This document shows positions 13,575 through 26,365 of a stretch of DNA of 64,000 bases, one piece after another. A program made the position numbers and the translations under genes. Source of the stretch: Octopus bimaculoides (lineage: Eukaryota); the NCBI RefSeq assembly GCF_001194135.2, contig NC_068998.1, forward strand, positions 685,004 through 749,003, written 5' to 3'. The notes below the pieces were generated by a model, which worked only from the letters and a program-made list of their open reading frames with translations, did not search any database and was not told where the DNA came from. Position 1 is the stretch's first letter. Each line of letters starts with the position of its first letter.

Positions 13575-13770
13575 AGTTGAGGCACAAGGCCAGCAATTAT
13601 GAGGGGAAGGAGTTAGTCATTTAGAATGACCCCTGTACTAAACACAAGTTCCTTATTTTACAGACCCCAGAGGGGGGAGATGAAAGGTAAAGTTGGCTTT
13701 GGTGGGATTTGAACTTATAAAGTGACCCAAGACATGCTCAAAAGATTCTGCCAGCTTGCTACCTTTTTGT
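13575..13770 (-). mobile_element. SINE family B copy (CpG-decayed)
   Basis: GGCACAAGGC...GATGAAAGGTAAAGTT...GGGATTTGAACT, the reverse complement of the copy at 51500. Confidence 0.6.
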
Positions 13771-14954
13771 ATTGGTAATAACATGGCCTTTCATATGTTG
13801 TCAACTACAAACACTTGGGAAAAAATAGAAGCCAAAGAGGGAACCTTCAAAATCATTTGATCAACTAAAAATAGCAGCAGAATCAACCTTAAATCATATA
13901 CTGCCTTCTTAAAACTGAACGGATAATTTACAGTGTTTGACAAAGTGGCCATGACTGTAATGTTTGATCGTTGGATCAAGGCATACCTGGTACAGTGAGG
14001 GGGTTCAATAACAACAAGAAAGGGTTGTATATAATGAGTGCAACATCTGAGAATTTGGTGAATTAAACCAAATTAAACTTTCATGAGAAACAGTAGCACA
14101 GCATAGAATTGTCATCACCTGTTGAATGTGATAACACAACATGGTGTAGTCACCTGTTGAAGGTGGTTTAAATGATGAAAGACCCTAAAATTAGAGAACA
14201 ATCCTGTCAGCCAATTTCTAGACATTAAATGATATTTGTTAAAGGGTTCTGCTGAAGATGAACACTATTACAATATACTATCCACAGTTGGAATTGAACT
14301 AAAAGCTACAAACTTCACTCTCTGCCTAGTACCCTACCCATTCACCCAACAACAATCTGATAATAATGTAGAATATAAACCACAATTATTTCCATCATAG
14401 ACACAATACCTGATGATTGCTTTAACCTCTAAAGATAGATAAAACTAATTGATATGCTGTCAGATAAGATATTGTAATTATTTTTTTTTAATTCTTCTCT
14501 ATTCTGGCATCAAGTCCAGGAATATAAAGTGAAAATATTCCATTAACTCAGCATATTTACCGAATCTCTTTCACATTCCTGACTTTATTCTATAAACATT
14601 GTTCAGTGTCACTTTAACACATTTTATATTTTGGAATCGACTTTTATGTCTGCTTTATATTCTGGTAGATAAAGAGATTGTTTCTATGCCTCAAGGTGTA
14701 ACTACAGTTAAAGGAACTCTTGAAAAAAAAAAAAAAAAACTGGTAACACTACATGGAATAGAGCACTAGGATAGCCACAGCCCCAGTGCTAGCAATAATA
14801 ATATTTTTTAACAAAAACCAAATGTCATAAATGAAATCATCCAAGCGATTTAGCAGCAAGACTGACCAGTATTTAACTGGTACTTTACTGACCTCAAAGC
14901 ATGAAAGACAAAGTTAATCTCAGTGGGATATGAAATGAATCATGAACACCAGTC

Positions 14955-15130
14955 TCTAATTTAGGCACAAGGACTGAAATTTGGAAGATGGGGTGGGGAA
15001 CAAGTTGATATCACTAACCCCAGTGATTGACCAGTGACTTATTTCACTGACCTTGAAAGAATGAAAGGTAAATTTGACTTCAGTGGAATTTGAACTCAAA
15101 AAGTAAAAAAGTTACAAATACCACAAAACA
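14955..15130 (-). mobile_element. SINE family B copy (CpG-decayed)
   Basis: GGCACAAGG...GAATGAAAGGTAAATTTGACTTCAGTGGAATTTGAACTCA. Confidence 0.6.
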
Positions 15131-15301
15131 ATTCCGTAACTTAATAATGATATAAACAACAATAATAAGAATTTCTTTTATTTGCCACAGGGACACCAGA
15201 TGAGAGGAACATTAATAACACCCTTACAATTATGTACTGACACCCCACTTTATGTGTCAATACATATTCACTATGTGTGTATATAAATGTATACACGTGC
15301 A

Positions 15302-15346
<45 letters not shown>

Positions 15347-15398
15347 ACTAGTTTGTTATAGTGTTTAATGTGAAAGGTCTTTCTTCTCTGTCTTCCAG

Positions 15399-15539
15399 GT
15401 CACTGTTCGTGGTTTGGACGGAAAAAAAAAGACAAATATTTAGCCAAACTCAATGCCATTTTTGACCAATTGGATTTAGTTACTTATGAAGAAGTCGCAC
15501 GTTTACCTGCATTTCTACGGAAGACACTGGTCCTTTTAG
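15399..15539 (+). CDS. CASK: CASK exon, HOOK to GK start ([47 protein letters not shown])
   Basis: TCTTCCAG acceptor, TAG|GTGAGG donor. 141 nt, phase 1-1. CASK-type [22 protein letters not shown] motif. Confidence 0.96.
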
Positions 15540-16992
15540 GTGAGGATAATTTTGTTCCTTATTATCTATAATCATACTCATGACCCCTTTTACTGAGCCT
15601 CAGAGATGGGTAGGAAGGGCAAAGATCTGAGTGGAACACCTGCAACAGAGTGGGCTCTACTAAAAAGGTACTCGACATGGGTTCAGGGAACTTTTGTTTC
15701 CAGGACAAGTATCAGACAAGAATAAGCAGACGTACACCAGGAAACAAACATCAGACGTATCTACAACTGTCGTTACAATAATTAAGATCGTTATTGCGTT
15801 AGATTGCAATTATCTGTGAGAAAATGTTTGTTTTTCTCACAGAAACCATTTTATCATTAGCTTCCTGTGCCATCTCCTACCCCACTCATTCATTTAAAAT
15901 AATCCTTTCTGTTATTTGTACAAAGTCTATAAAATACAATGAGTAGAATAATTTAAAACTCCACCAACAACATGAGCTTCGTGGACAAGGTGTCACCTTG
16001 GTGTGCAAACCACATCACTGCATCTGGTTTGCTTCATACACCAAGTCATGCAAAGATATACATTATGTCTTACAAAAAGAATAGAGGATAAATACCCAGG
16101 ACATCTTTAATCATAGGTCCACCTGACAAAGACAAAAATGGTGTTAAAAAATCCACTCAAGGAAACACTCATCTCTCTCCCCCCTCTCCCCCCCTCTCTC
16201 TCATACACATTTCTCAATTTCTTTAGTTTTATCCATCTTGTTTATTCTTTACTTCCTAAAAAAAAAAAATTCTCCAAGAATAAATTATGTGCATTTACAT
16301 TTGTAAGCCTGAATGCGTGTGTGCATGCATGAATCTATATGTGCGTATGTGTGTATGCATGTGTAAGGCTATATGAATACGTGTGCATGTGTATGTAATT
16401 AACTGATGTGTGAGGTTATACCATATATGCATTTGTGAGTCCATATCTGTTAGTTCCCACATCCACCTTATTTCTTCTGCATTCATCCAAATGTGTCTCA
16501 TATTCCCTCCTCCTCTTCCTCCTCCCACATCATTATTTCATGATTTCCCTCCCTCTTCATTGTGTCTGTTCTTTTAGGCTAACAAATTCTCTCCACCACA
16601 TTTCTCCTTCCTTCTTCCCCCCCCCCGCATCCTTTGTCATTCCATTCCACTCCACTGCAATCCACTTCAACCTATTCCCACTCCCCCTATATTACTCTAT
16701 TTGCTTAATCTTGTTATATTCCATTGCTTTGAATAGCAACTCGCACATGTTTAAGGAATAGGAACTACCCCCCCCCTTTCCCTCCCTGTCANNNNNNNNN
16801 NNNNNNNNNNNNNNNNAACCTATGTACCTCTCTCTAACCACCTTTGCTCCCTACCCTTCCCCAGCCAAAGCACAAAATCTATCAAAAGTATTTCTATAAG
16901 CTAATTTAATTTGACACCAACTTGCCATGTATGCCTAAATCCATGAGAACAGGAGAGGGGGGGCACAAAGGTGGAGAGACAGAGGAAAACAG

Positions 16993-17039
<47 letters not shown>

Positions 17040-18751
17040 GAGAAAAAGAGAGAGAGAGAGAGAGAAAGAGAAAAAGAGAGAGAGAAATATGAGGTAGGAG
17101 GAGATGTCACTTCTATGACATGCATTTAATAGAAATATTGTATCAACATCGAAACTGCACATGATTCCTGCAAACACCTCCACCGCTACAAACATTACTT
17201 CTACTACTACTACTACCACCACCTCCGTGACCACCACCTCCATCTCTGCTACCATCACTACCTTTATGACCACCTGTACCATCACTACTTCTATAAGCAC
17301 CATGAAGACCATCATCACCTCTTCTACCACTGCCATTACCTTTCCAACCAAGACCACCACCACAGAATGGTTGCCTCCTGCATTCCTTACATTACAAATA
17401 TGACAGCAATGTTAAGTAATCAGAAATGGTGGTATTTAAACTCTCTGTGAACTAAGTCAACTTTATGAGATGTAATTACAAGTTGTAACCAGTTTATCTC
17501 CAGCACAGACACCTCTCAGAACTCTAGAAGTATGAACCCTTATCCTGCAGCCATCTCTGGAATTCTCAATGCCAGAAGTTTCCCTATACCACCACCACCC
17601 TCTTCTATCCTTTATGTACATCCAGTTGTCACTTGAATGCAAATAGAATTTGGTTACCTGAACCATGCTTTTATTGTTTTAGGTGTGTGTGTGTGTGTAG
17701 TCGTGAATAGACATAGATACCCTTTCAGCCCTCCCACCTTTGATCTTGAAGAACATCCAAGAGGTAACAACTAGAGAGAGAGAATTATGCCAGCAACTTG
17801 CTGGTTTGTATGTCACATCACTCCTGTAGTGTGACATGAAGTGTCAGACTCAAAAACACTTACTACTCAGTCCAGTTATTGAACCCATGTCCTGATGATT
17901 GAGAGCTGAACACCCAAAACTTAAACTACAAGTCCTTAGACTGCTACTATAATGGGCTCTGAGCTTTTGAACATATCCTCTAAACCCAGCCAGACCTTTT
18001 GATAGTCTCATCATACAAAATTGTGTCTCACTTTTCCCTGGACTGTACAAAACCCAGAAAGGTTCCTTGTGTTAACTACTCCCCTTCAGGTGTTCCCACT
18101 GATCGGTAACCCTATTATGCACCGTTCTAGTGAACGTGAAGAAATAAGTCACAACCTATTTATTGCTCACAACCTAGTAAGGCTTTTTTTTCTTTTCTTT
18201 TGAAACACTACAAAAATAATTATCTCCCTTTGACTGTGACAAACCCAAATTTACATTCAGTAATTCCTGTTCCTCTATTTATAAAGTTTCTCAAACTCAC
18301 AGCTGGACTTCATAATTTGATGAACTGATATTGTGTATTTTGTTTTGTGACGTGAGCTCATGTCACTATCACTCACAAATGAGAACTCCCAGCGAAACTT
18401 CACACCAAGGGGTTCTGTCCATCTCTCATGTCAACAGTTTCTTGTTGGATCCCAGTATCACAATGTGTGTGTGTGTGTGTGTGTGCCAACAGAGAGCTCT
18501 CTATCTCTCTCTGTCTCTCTGATCCACACTATCAACACATTGGTTGGTTTCCCCCTCCACATACACTTCCCTGCTCTGGTCTTATATATCTCAGATGTCA
18601 TTTGAACTTGCAATATAAAGGGATGTAACTAAATACTGAAATTTCTTCCTTTGCTCCACCGATTCTGCCACTTCCCCCACCCTCACCTAACAATTATCAA
18701 AATGTATTTTAACAATTCATTTTTCCAAAATCTGATCTTTTTCGTCACCAG

Positions 18752-18832
18752 GCGCACATGGTGTTGGACGAAGGCACATCAAAAACACATTAATTACAAG
18801 TCATCCAAACAAATTTGCTTATCCCATTCCAC
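18752..18832 (+). CDS. CASK: CASK exon, GK P-loop region ([28 protein letters not shown])
   Basis: CACCAG acceptor, CAC|GTAAGT donor. 81 nt, phase 1-1. [12 protein letters not shown] is characteristic of CASK/MPP1. Confidence 0.96.
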
Positions 18833-20665
18833 GTAAGTATGTTCTACTTAGCCATATTGATCAACAGCACACAACTGGTGGATGAACTAAGTATTTTAGA
18901 ACTCTCAACTAATCTTTCTTTCCTTTTTATTATTCCTGACACTGTTTGACATTTATGTTTAGTGTGGAGTTGTACCAAGGTACGATTAGACCCTGCAGTC
19001 TGAATCAACTACAGGGTACACTATAGGAGGACTCTGTCCAGTGAGTAATTATCTGAGATGTTATTAGCTGGTATACTCTGTATTAATAATAGTACCATAG
19101 TACTACAGTCCATAGTACCAGCCTGTATCAAATATGGTCCTGGAAATTGTTGCAATCTATAGCAAATATCTACTTTATATAATGAAGTGTAACAGATATA
19201 TCTTTAAGGTATAATAAGGTGTTGTATTAGATGTCTAAGGTACTATCTTATACTATGGTGTGTAATAGAGGAATCTATTTAAAACAGTTGATGCTAAAAC
19301 TTGACAAACTATGAGCAAAAACAAATTTATAAACCTAGCAAACAAGATCCAAATATTTTGATGCTAATTTCATTTCTTAAAGCACGATGACTTAGCGTTT
19401 TTGAAAAGGACATTGAAGTGAATCTTGATTTTCAATATCCTGTGTTGATCATGTTGGAATAAAGCTAGAAATAGAGTGGATAGTACAAAGTGGAAAGCAA
19501 TGAAAATTCTCCATCAACTCCAGAAGAAAATCCATGGAGAGAATGAAGAGAGAAAAGAAAGTTGTATGAGACAAATATCTTGGTAAACAAACAGTGATGT
19601 TTTTAATAATGTTACAGTAAGGATAATGCCTTAGCAAAGGAGTTAGGAGGAGAAGGAGGAGAGTTATCAGAAAATAAAGAGTAGGAAGAGCAAGTGGGGG
19701 TGGGGTGGTTTACAAAGGAGTGTTATTCACTGATGCATAAAACAGGAATGTGAATGAAGCCTCTTATATGAAATGTTTAATTTACTGTAAGAACAGAAAA
19801 GAGGAAGGAGATAAAATGCATAATTAGCTTTCAAAGTTTAATCAATAAGGAAACGGCCTGGTATCAAAGAGATGCAGCTTGGCATTGAAATGATTTCTTT
19901 CCAATGGAAACTAGTCGAGGAATTGTCAGTGGATCTATTGATAAGTAGCGACTATTGGCTGCTCTTTTGATCCCTCGATGCTGGCAACAGAGAGAAGAAC
20001 TAATACGGATCCTTCAATAACATGCAATTATTTGAGATACTAGTCTACATCTCCAACAGACATTTATTTAAAGAATTTTTTGACTTTTTGATACAAGCAT
20101 CTCTATTAAAGCAATTCTTGTACACCTTTTGATCAACGGTTTAGAAAAGAACTCTTCTCACTCTCTCAGTTCAGTTATTCTCAATCTTGCAGATCATTTA
20201 CTTTTTTATAATTTATACAACCATTTAATGTACGACTCTTGTTGAGTATTGGTGCTAGAATTTAATTATTGAATTTTGATATATTGACCTTAATTAAGCA
20301 ATTCATTTAATGATGTGAAATTAACTCTTCATTCACACAAAATCAATCAAGAGGATATGCCACCAGACTACAAATCCAGAGGTAGCAAGCTCACTTCATT
20401 CTTTATTTTGGTAACTCAATTTTATCTATGAAGAAGAGGAAGATTATCTGGAAATGTTTAGAGAATAAAAGTTTATGCAGTGGAGTGCATAATCTTATCT
20501 GGCTAATCCCACCTTTAAAGACAACAAGGCTAAGACCATATCATAGAACTGCTTGATCAAGGTTGAGTTAAGCTAACCAAATGCAATAATTATTTCTCAA
20601 ATTGTAGAATTTGTTAATTAAATCTCTTTTGGTATAGAAATAATTTTCTCTCTCTCTCTCTCCAG

Positions 20666-20868
20666 ACACAACACGACCGCCTCGAAAAGATGAAGAAAAT
20701 GGGAAAAATTACTATTTTGTGACACGAAAGAAAATGATGGCTGATATAGAAGCTAACGAATATTTAGAATATGGAACACATGAAGATGCTATGTACGGAA
20801 CGAAATTAGAAACAATACGACATATACATGCTGAAAGTCTTATGGCAATACTTGATGTAGAACCTCAG
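20666..20868 (+). CDS. CASK: CASK exon, GK GMP-binding subdomain ([19 protein letters not shown]...[21 protein letters not shown]...AILDVEPQ)
   Basis: (CT)n-CCAG acceptor, CAG|GTAACG donor. 203 nt, phase 1-0. Overlaps ORF 20719-20997. Confidence 0.97.
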
Positions 20869-21439
20869 GTAACGACATCTTCATTAACACTGTCATCATC
20901 AACATGTATAACACGATCATCATCATCAGCATCACTAACAATAGTCACCATCATCATCCTCATCATTAACAACATCATCATCATCGTATTCTTGTAACTG
21001 ATTTTATTCTGGGTTTAAAAAGCCATGGCTGTTGAATGCCACATCAAATGCTTAAGGAATTTTTTCTTTTCAGTTCTGGGTTCAAATCTTACTGCAACCA
21101 ATTTATAATTAATGAAAAGTTACCTCCATTAGAGTATATACCCCATGATGGTGGGGTGTTGAGATCATTCTGGGGTCATGTTTGAAATAACATCAAGTCA
21201 CTTAGTCAAATCCCCAGAGGAATTACATAAACTCACTAATTTCCAAAAGACTTTTAGCAAAGCCTTACACAATAAACAGCTTAGTTCAGTCAATGGCACA
21301 ACATAGCAACTTGAGTTCAATTCCCAATGGGAACTCAATTTGTCATTTAAATACTTTCAGAAAGAAATCACATAAAGGACACCATGTCTATTTGATGCTA
21401 ATATTTCAGATGTGGCTTTGTCATAAACACCCACATTTC

Positions 21440-21565
21440 TGTGGTTAGTGGTTCAAAAGTTTACTTTACAATCATAAGGTTTGGTGTTCAAAGTGTCTTT
21501 TTATAACGTCAGACTCACTAATGCTTTTTGAGTGGAATTTGGTAGAGGTAGATGGGGGGGGGGGG
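21440..21565 (+). mobile_element. SINE family A 5' fragment
   Basis: CTGTGGTTAG...GGTTTGGTGTTCAAAGTGTCTT...GCTTTTTGAGTGGAATTTGGTAGA, similar to 42488. Confidence 0.5.
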
Positions 21566-22573
21566 AGAAAGACTGTATGGAAATTAACATCTCAAGTAGG
21601 AACCAGCTGTCCCAAGACTTAGAATTGAAACTAAAAATGGTGAATTTGTTGAGAAAGTTAATTCAGTGACCATTTAGAAGCTGTTTCATTGATTCATTTT
21701 CTTAGTCGTAGACTATACACTCACACAAGGGCACACATAAGTCTCCAAACTGCTTAGACTTGTGACATACTTCTATGTTTAATTTCTAGCCCCTGCACCA
21801 TAATTAGAAGTGACCAGAACATTTTAATAGTCACACAAGACTACCAGTATTCCTTACATCATATATATAAATCTTTTCTTGGAGCTGTTATGACTTTTGT
21901 TTATATTTAGTTTTTGACTGAAGAACAGAAAAATGTTTGCAGGCATTTTTAAGTCAATTTCCAATTTTTATTTGTTCTTACAATTTTTCTTTTTCTTGCA
22001 GCCATTTATCAAGGAGTCATTGTTTTGTGCATCGGAATGAGTAACAATTGTTTGATTAAGTGGATTAATTTTGTCTGATTAAGATTGATTTGAAGACCAT
22101 TGAATCAATAATCCAGTGTGTGTGTGTGTGCGTGTGTGCGTGTGATCATGTGTAAGAAACAGCTCACACACACACCTGTCATTTATTCAATCTCCCTCAT
22201 TGGTGAGGGTTGTTCAATTGCCAACAATAAAGAAGATTCATTTGTTAGGCTGTGTGTGTGTGTGTGTGTGTGTGTGTGATTGCACTGGCAAAATTATAGT
22301 AATCTCTAGTTTAACCATATAGATGCTGTACTGACTGAACCAACCCAAATTTCTATGAAGAGTATCCCATCATTGGTTCTTAAATCTGTAGAATTTAGAT
22401 GAGTCTCTGTCAAATAAATGGCTTATCAATGGTCTGTCTTCTTCACTGCCACAGATCCCCCCCCCCCCATAAACTAACATTTATACATATTTTTGTGCTT
22501 GTCATNNNNNNNNNNCCCCCCCCCCCCATAAACTAACATTTATACATATTTTTGTGCTTGTCATTTTTTTCAG

Positions 22574-22654
22574 GCAGTAAAGGTGTTGCGAACAGCAGAA
22601 TTCTCTCCCTTTGTGGTATTCATAGCAGCCCCTACGATACCAGCTGTGACTGAG
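22574..22654 (+). CDS. CASK: CASK GK exon variant A ([27 protein letters not shown])
   Basis: CTAAC branch-like motif, T-tract CAG acceptor, GAG|GTAAAA donor. 81 nt, phase 0-0. Matches CASK [20 protein letters not shown]. Confidence 0.93.
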
Positions 22655-23459
22655 GTAAAATTTGATCCGGTGTCATCGTGTCATGCCTCATATTAACCTT
22701 CTTCAACCCATTGCTTTTTCTGTCTTCAGCTGACCTCAAACCCTTCTGTGTTTACATGTGTGTGTGTGTGCGTGTAAAACCTTAGTTTCTTTTTCTTTTG
22801 TAACCCCTATTGCTCCTTATTTAGTTTTTTGCTGCTTACCGCCAGCTTATTCTTGTGTCTAGAATCTTCTTCATTGGAAATATGCTGTCATTCAATTCTC
22901 TAATGTTTCCGTTTTGTTAAAAAAAAATTTTTTTAATTAATGTTATAATGAAATACATCCAAAATGGGTGTGTGTGTGTGTTATAAATACACACACACAC
23001 ACATGCATCCACCCACACACTTATGTGTGCATACATAAATTACTGAACAGTTTTGGCTTCAAAAAACGAAACCAAACTTTTTCATTCCTTTAAAAAGAAT
23101 TTACGCTATTTTGATGTTAGACAATTTCTTTGAAGTGTTGTTTGAAGATTTGCATGAATATTCTGGTCTGGTATTAGTTTCTTCTGGAGAGAGCGTGACG
23201 GGTGAAGGTAATGGATATGTGTATCATATTCTATCCAGCCTATTTTTCTCAGGTAAGAAAATACAAATATATTTTCTTGTAGGTAAGAAGGCAAACAACA
23301 AAACCAAATACAAAAAAATCACCGAGGAACAAACCATTGCTGACTCTGCATGCACAGCTGTGATTTCTAATTTCTGCTTGATGGCTTCTAGCTAAACCTC
23401 CCCACCTTTTAACTTTAGTATTAAAATGCATGGCATTGTCCTGATTTCATTTTTTCCAG

Positions 23460-23543
23460 GATCTGAAAGCTTTACGTACGGCTGAGTTTGCTCCCTTCAT
23501 TGTCTTTATTGCCCCACCATCTCTCAGTGATGCCCCACTACAT
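23460..23543 (+). CDS. CASK: CASK GK exon variant B ([28 protein letters not shown]), paralogue of variant A
   Basis: TTTTTCCAG acceptor, CAT|GTAAGT donor. 84 nt, phase 0-0, no stops. 14 of the first 20 aa are identical to variant A. Confidence 0.9.
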
Positions 23544-26154
23544 GTAAGTGAATTGATGCTGTTTGCCAATGACATTTAACATGGTTATGTAGTGAAGAGA
23601 CAAGTCACCATCACAGATTTTTATCCTCAAACTGGAATGATTTTTTTCTTCTCTTTCATGACTTTCAAAGCAATATTTTTAAATGTTAAAAGAAAATACA
23701 CAAAAATCTAAAAAAAATATGCAAACTATTCCTCCACTTCTTTTCTATGTTTACCTTAATTCTTTGAAACAGTCCCTACTCAAAATCTTCAAAATAAGCT
23801 TCACGGAAAAATACATTATTTCAACTTTAATGCCAAGCTACAGTAATTAAAGCACAAGTTTCTAAGGCCACAGGCTATGACGAAATTGTTTGACTCAATA
23901 CCAAAATGACAATGGTGGAAATAGGGAGCACATAGATGGGGTGCTCTCCATTTGACTGGAAAGAGGTGATGGGAAGGCATGGAGCCTCTGGCTCACCCTC
24001 CTTCCTGATGTCAGCCACACAGACATTAGTGTACCCTACTTTCTAAATCTCATTCCGTTGTTAATTACTGGTACCTAGTGCTCTACCTAGCACCTTCTAG
24101 ATATATGATGATAATAATAAAGATGGTTTCCTATGTGGAAGGCATATTTAGTGTTCAGTCTGTCTGTGTGTCTTTGTCTTCATTAAAGTGGTAGAAAAGT
24201 GAAGACATGTAACATTTAGAACAGAGAGAAACCTAGCAGAAAACTGGACTTTGGTGGGAGATTTGATTAAGTAGACAGAGGCAGACAGGCGAGGATTCAA
24301 ATTCAGTGCAGGTATTTTATTATACTCCTGGTTAGGAAGACTACATTCTACATTCCTCATTTTATCAGGTTCTTAAAAAGAAGCACTGGATTGTCTGAGG
24401 AAATTATCTCATGTCTGTTATCCACTGAAGAATTTGTCTCATTCTTTAGAAGTACTGGAGTAATTGGACCATAAATAAATGGTATGGTAGATTTCAGGAT
24501 GGACTTTGAATGAGGATACGTTGAGTATTGATACACAGAAGATTGAGGAATGTAATCTTAGGTGAAAAAACCCCAAACGATCTTGAAAGTTACTCATGCT
24601 AGCCTCCAATTCTTTACTGTGTAAAGATGACCTTTGCATGTACAAAAGCTTTCTGTTGCAAATTTATGTTAACAAGTAAAACTGTCATCTTGCATCGTGG
24701 ATGTCAAAGAATCATTGCTATCTTAAAATATGGTCATGCTGGGCAGTTACCCAGGGGCACCACAAGTGCAGGGGCTCAATGCTAATCTAAGCTGGTCGTC
24801 AATAGATAATTATTATAGGGCCTACTGCAATGCTTTGTAAAGCTGTCAAGGCCGCACTGTGTGGGATGTAGATGCAGGAGTTGACTGAATGTTCATCCAA
24901 CACTTTCGACAGCACACATAATCTGTGAACTACTGAAAGCAGTGGGAGGACTATCAATTTGACAAGTGTTTAAATGAGTTTAACTTCTCTGGATATTGGT
25001 TAGTGAGAGAGAGAAAGTGACATACTGACAGACAGGTTCCATCAGGGCTGATTTACCTGAAACTGCACAAAAAGAAAAGGTAATATTCTCACTGGGTCTC
25101 ACTGGCCCCAACAGCTAGTTATGGTACTCACTTCAAACTTCACATCACAATGGCACATCATTATTTCACTGACTGCAGTATACCCGGTTCATATCCTCCT
25201 ACCAACACTGTCCTTACTCAGTTAGGATGGATACAGCTATCCCCGACAGTGTAAAAATGGGAAAACAATATGCAGCATGGTCTAAAAGAAACTGAAAATC
25301 AGTGACAGCAGACACACTGCATGGCACTGCAGAAAAGTGTAATAGAGCCAAAAGATAGTAACCTCCATTTAATACAAGCTGGTATCCCATATATGTATAT
25401 ATAGTTGAAATTTATAGAAAAACAAAAGACTACGTTTCGAGCCTCAGCTCTTCAACAGAAAGGAGCACAAGGAAATAAACAGAGGGAGCATAAAAGCAAC
25501 TTTTGGAGCTAGCAGTCAATCATATATATATATATATGTATNNNNNNNNNNNNNNNNNNNNNNNNNNNNNNNNNNNNNNNNNNNNNNNNNNNNNNNNNNN
25601 NNNNNNNNNNNNNNNNNNNNNNNNNNNNNNNNNNNNNNNNNNNNTATATATATATATATATATATATATACATACATGTATATGTATGTATCCCACAGCT
25701 GTACAAAATCATCACTTGATAGTTTGTGTTTAACGACTTTCTTTGCTTATTTCTTTCATGTGTGTCTGCACCTTTGCATGTTCTCTTGCATGTTGCACCA
25801 TGTTGTGAAATTCTAAACACTATCCCGCTTATATTTGTTTTTTATTCTCATTACGATTGATATTATTAAACTGACAAACATTGTTATTTACTGATATTTG
25901 TTGTTGTTGTTGCTATGGGCACTAAATCGGGATAAGTTGTGGAATATTAGACGAAATAGACTTTTACTTTTTAACCTCCCAGGGTTGATATAATACCAGT
26001 TATGTACTGGAGTCAATTCACTATAGGGAATCAATACCATTTCTTAGGGAAGTGATGTAAGACACGAAATTTTTGGACAACTAACACTGCAATGTAGTCT
26101 CAGTGGCCATTCGAAGTCATTGAACTTCATTTTGATGTCTTTAGAAACAAAAGC

Positions 26155-26365
26155 ATAAACGTCACAGTGACAATTTTGGGAGAGAGGACTTGTCGATCAC
26201 ATCTAAGCCCCGTGCTCTACTTGCACTTATTTTATCAAACCTGAAAGGATGAAAGACAAAGTCAAACTTGGTGGAATTCAAACTCAGAATATGTAAAATA
26301 GCAGAAGAAATTCCACCACTAAGCATTTTATTCAAATTGCTAATGATTCTGTCAGTTCATTGCTA
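26155..26365 (-). mobile_element. SINE family B copy (CpG-decayed)
   Basis: TTTTATCAAACCTGAAAGGATGAAAGACAAAGTCAAACTTGGTGGAATTCAAACTCAGAA aligns to the reverse complement of 51500-51720. Confidence 0.65.

Larger units (their letters stand above)
4020..15398 (+). other. Probable GC-AG intron (11.4 kb) in the HOOK-coding region
   Basis: CAG|GCAAGT matches the donor consensus except at +2. The GT at 4024 is the wrong phase, and the in-phase GT at 4014 (GA|GTGCAG) is a poor consensus match. Confidence 0.75.

Noticed and set aside
16935-17403. Thr-rich (+) and Val-rich (-) ORFs resembling a mucin
   Set aside because: Decayed (ACC/ACT)n trinucleotide repeat in an intron, with no splice or domain support.
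18752-18775. P-loop GAHGVGR lacking the catalytic Lys
   Set aside because: An established feature of CASK/MPP pseudo-guanylate kinases, not novel.
19840-19990. Minus-strand acceptor (TTCTTCTCTCTGTTGCCAG) with a 38-codon frame, suggesting a nested antisense gene
   Set aside because: No partner exons or recognisable peptide.
22457-22565. Direct duplication of about 50 bp (C-run, branch point, pyrimidine tract) just upstream of GK exon A
   Set aside because: The two copies are identical and flank a 10-N gap, typical of an unmerged contig overlap. It does not affect exon A and cannot explain the A/B pair, which is highly diverged.
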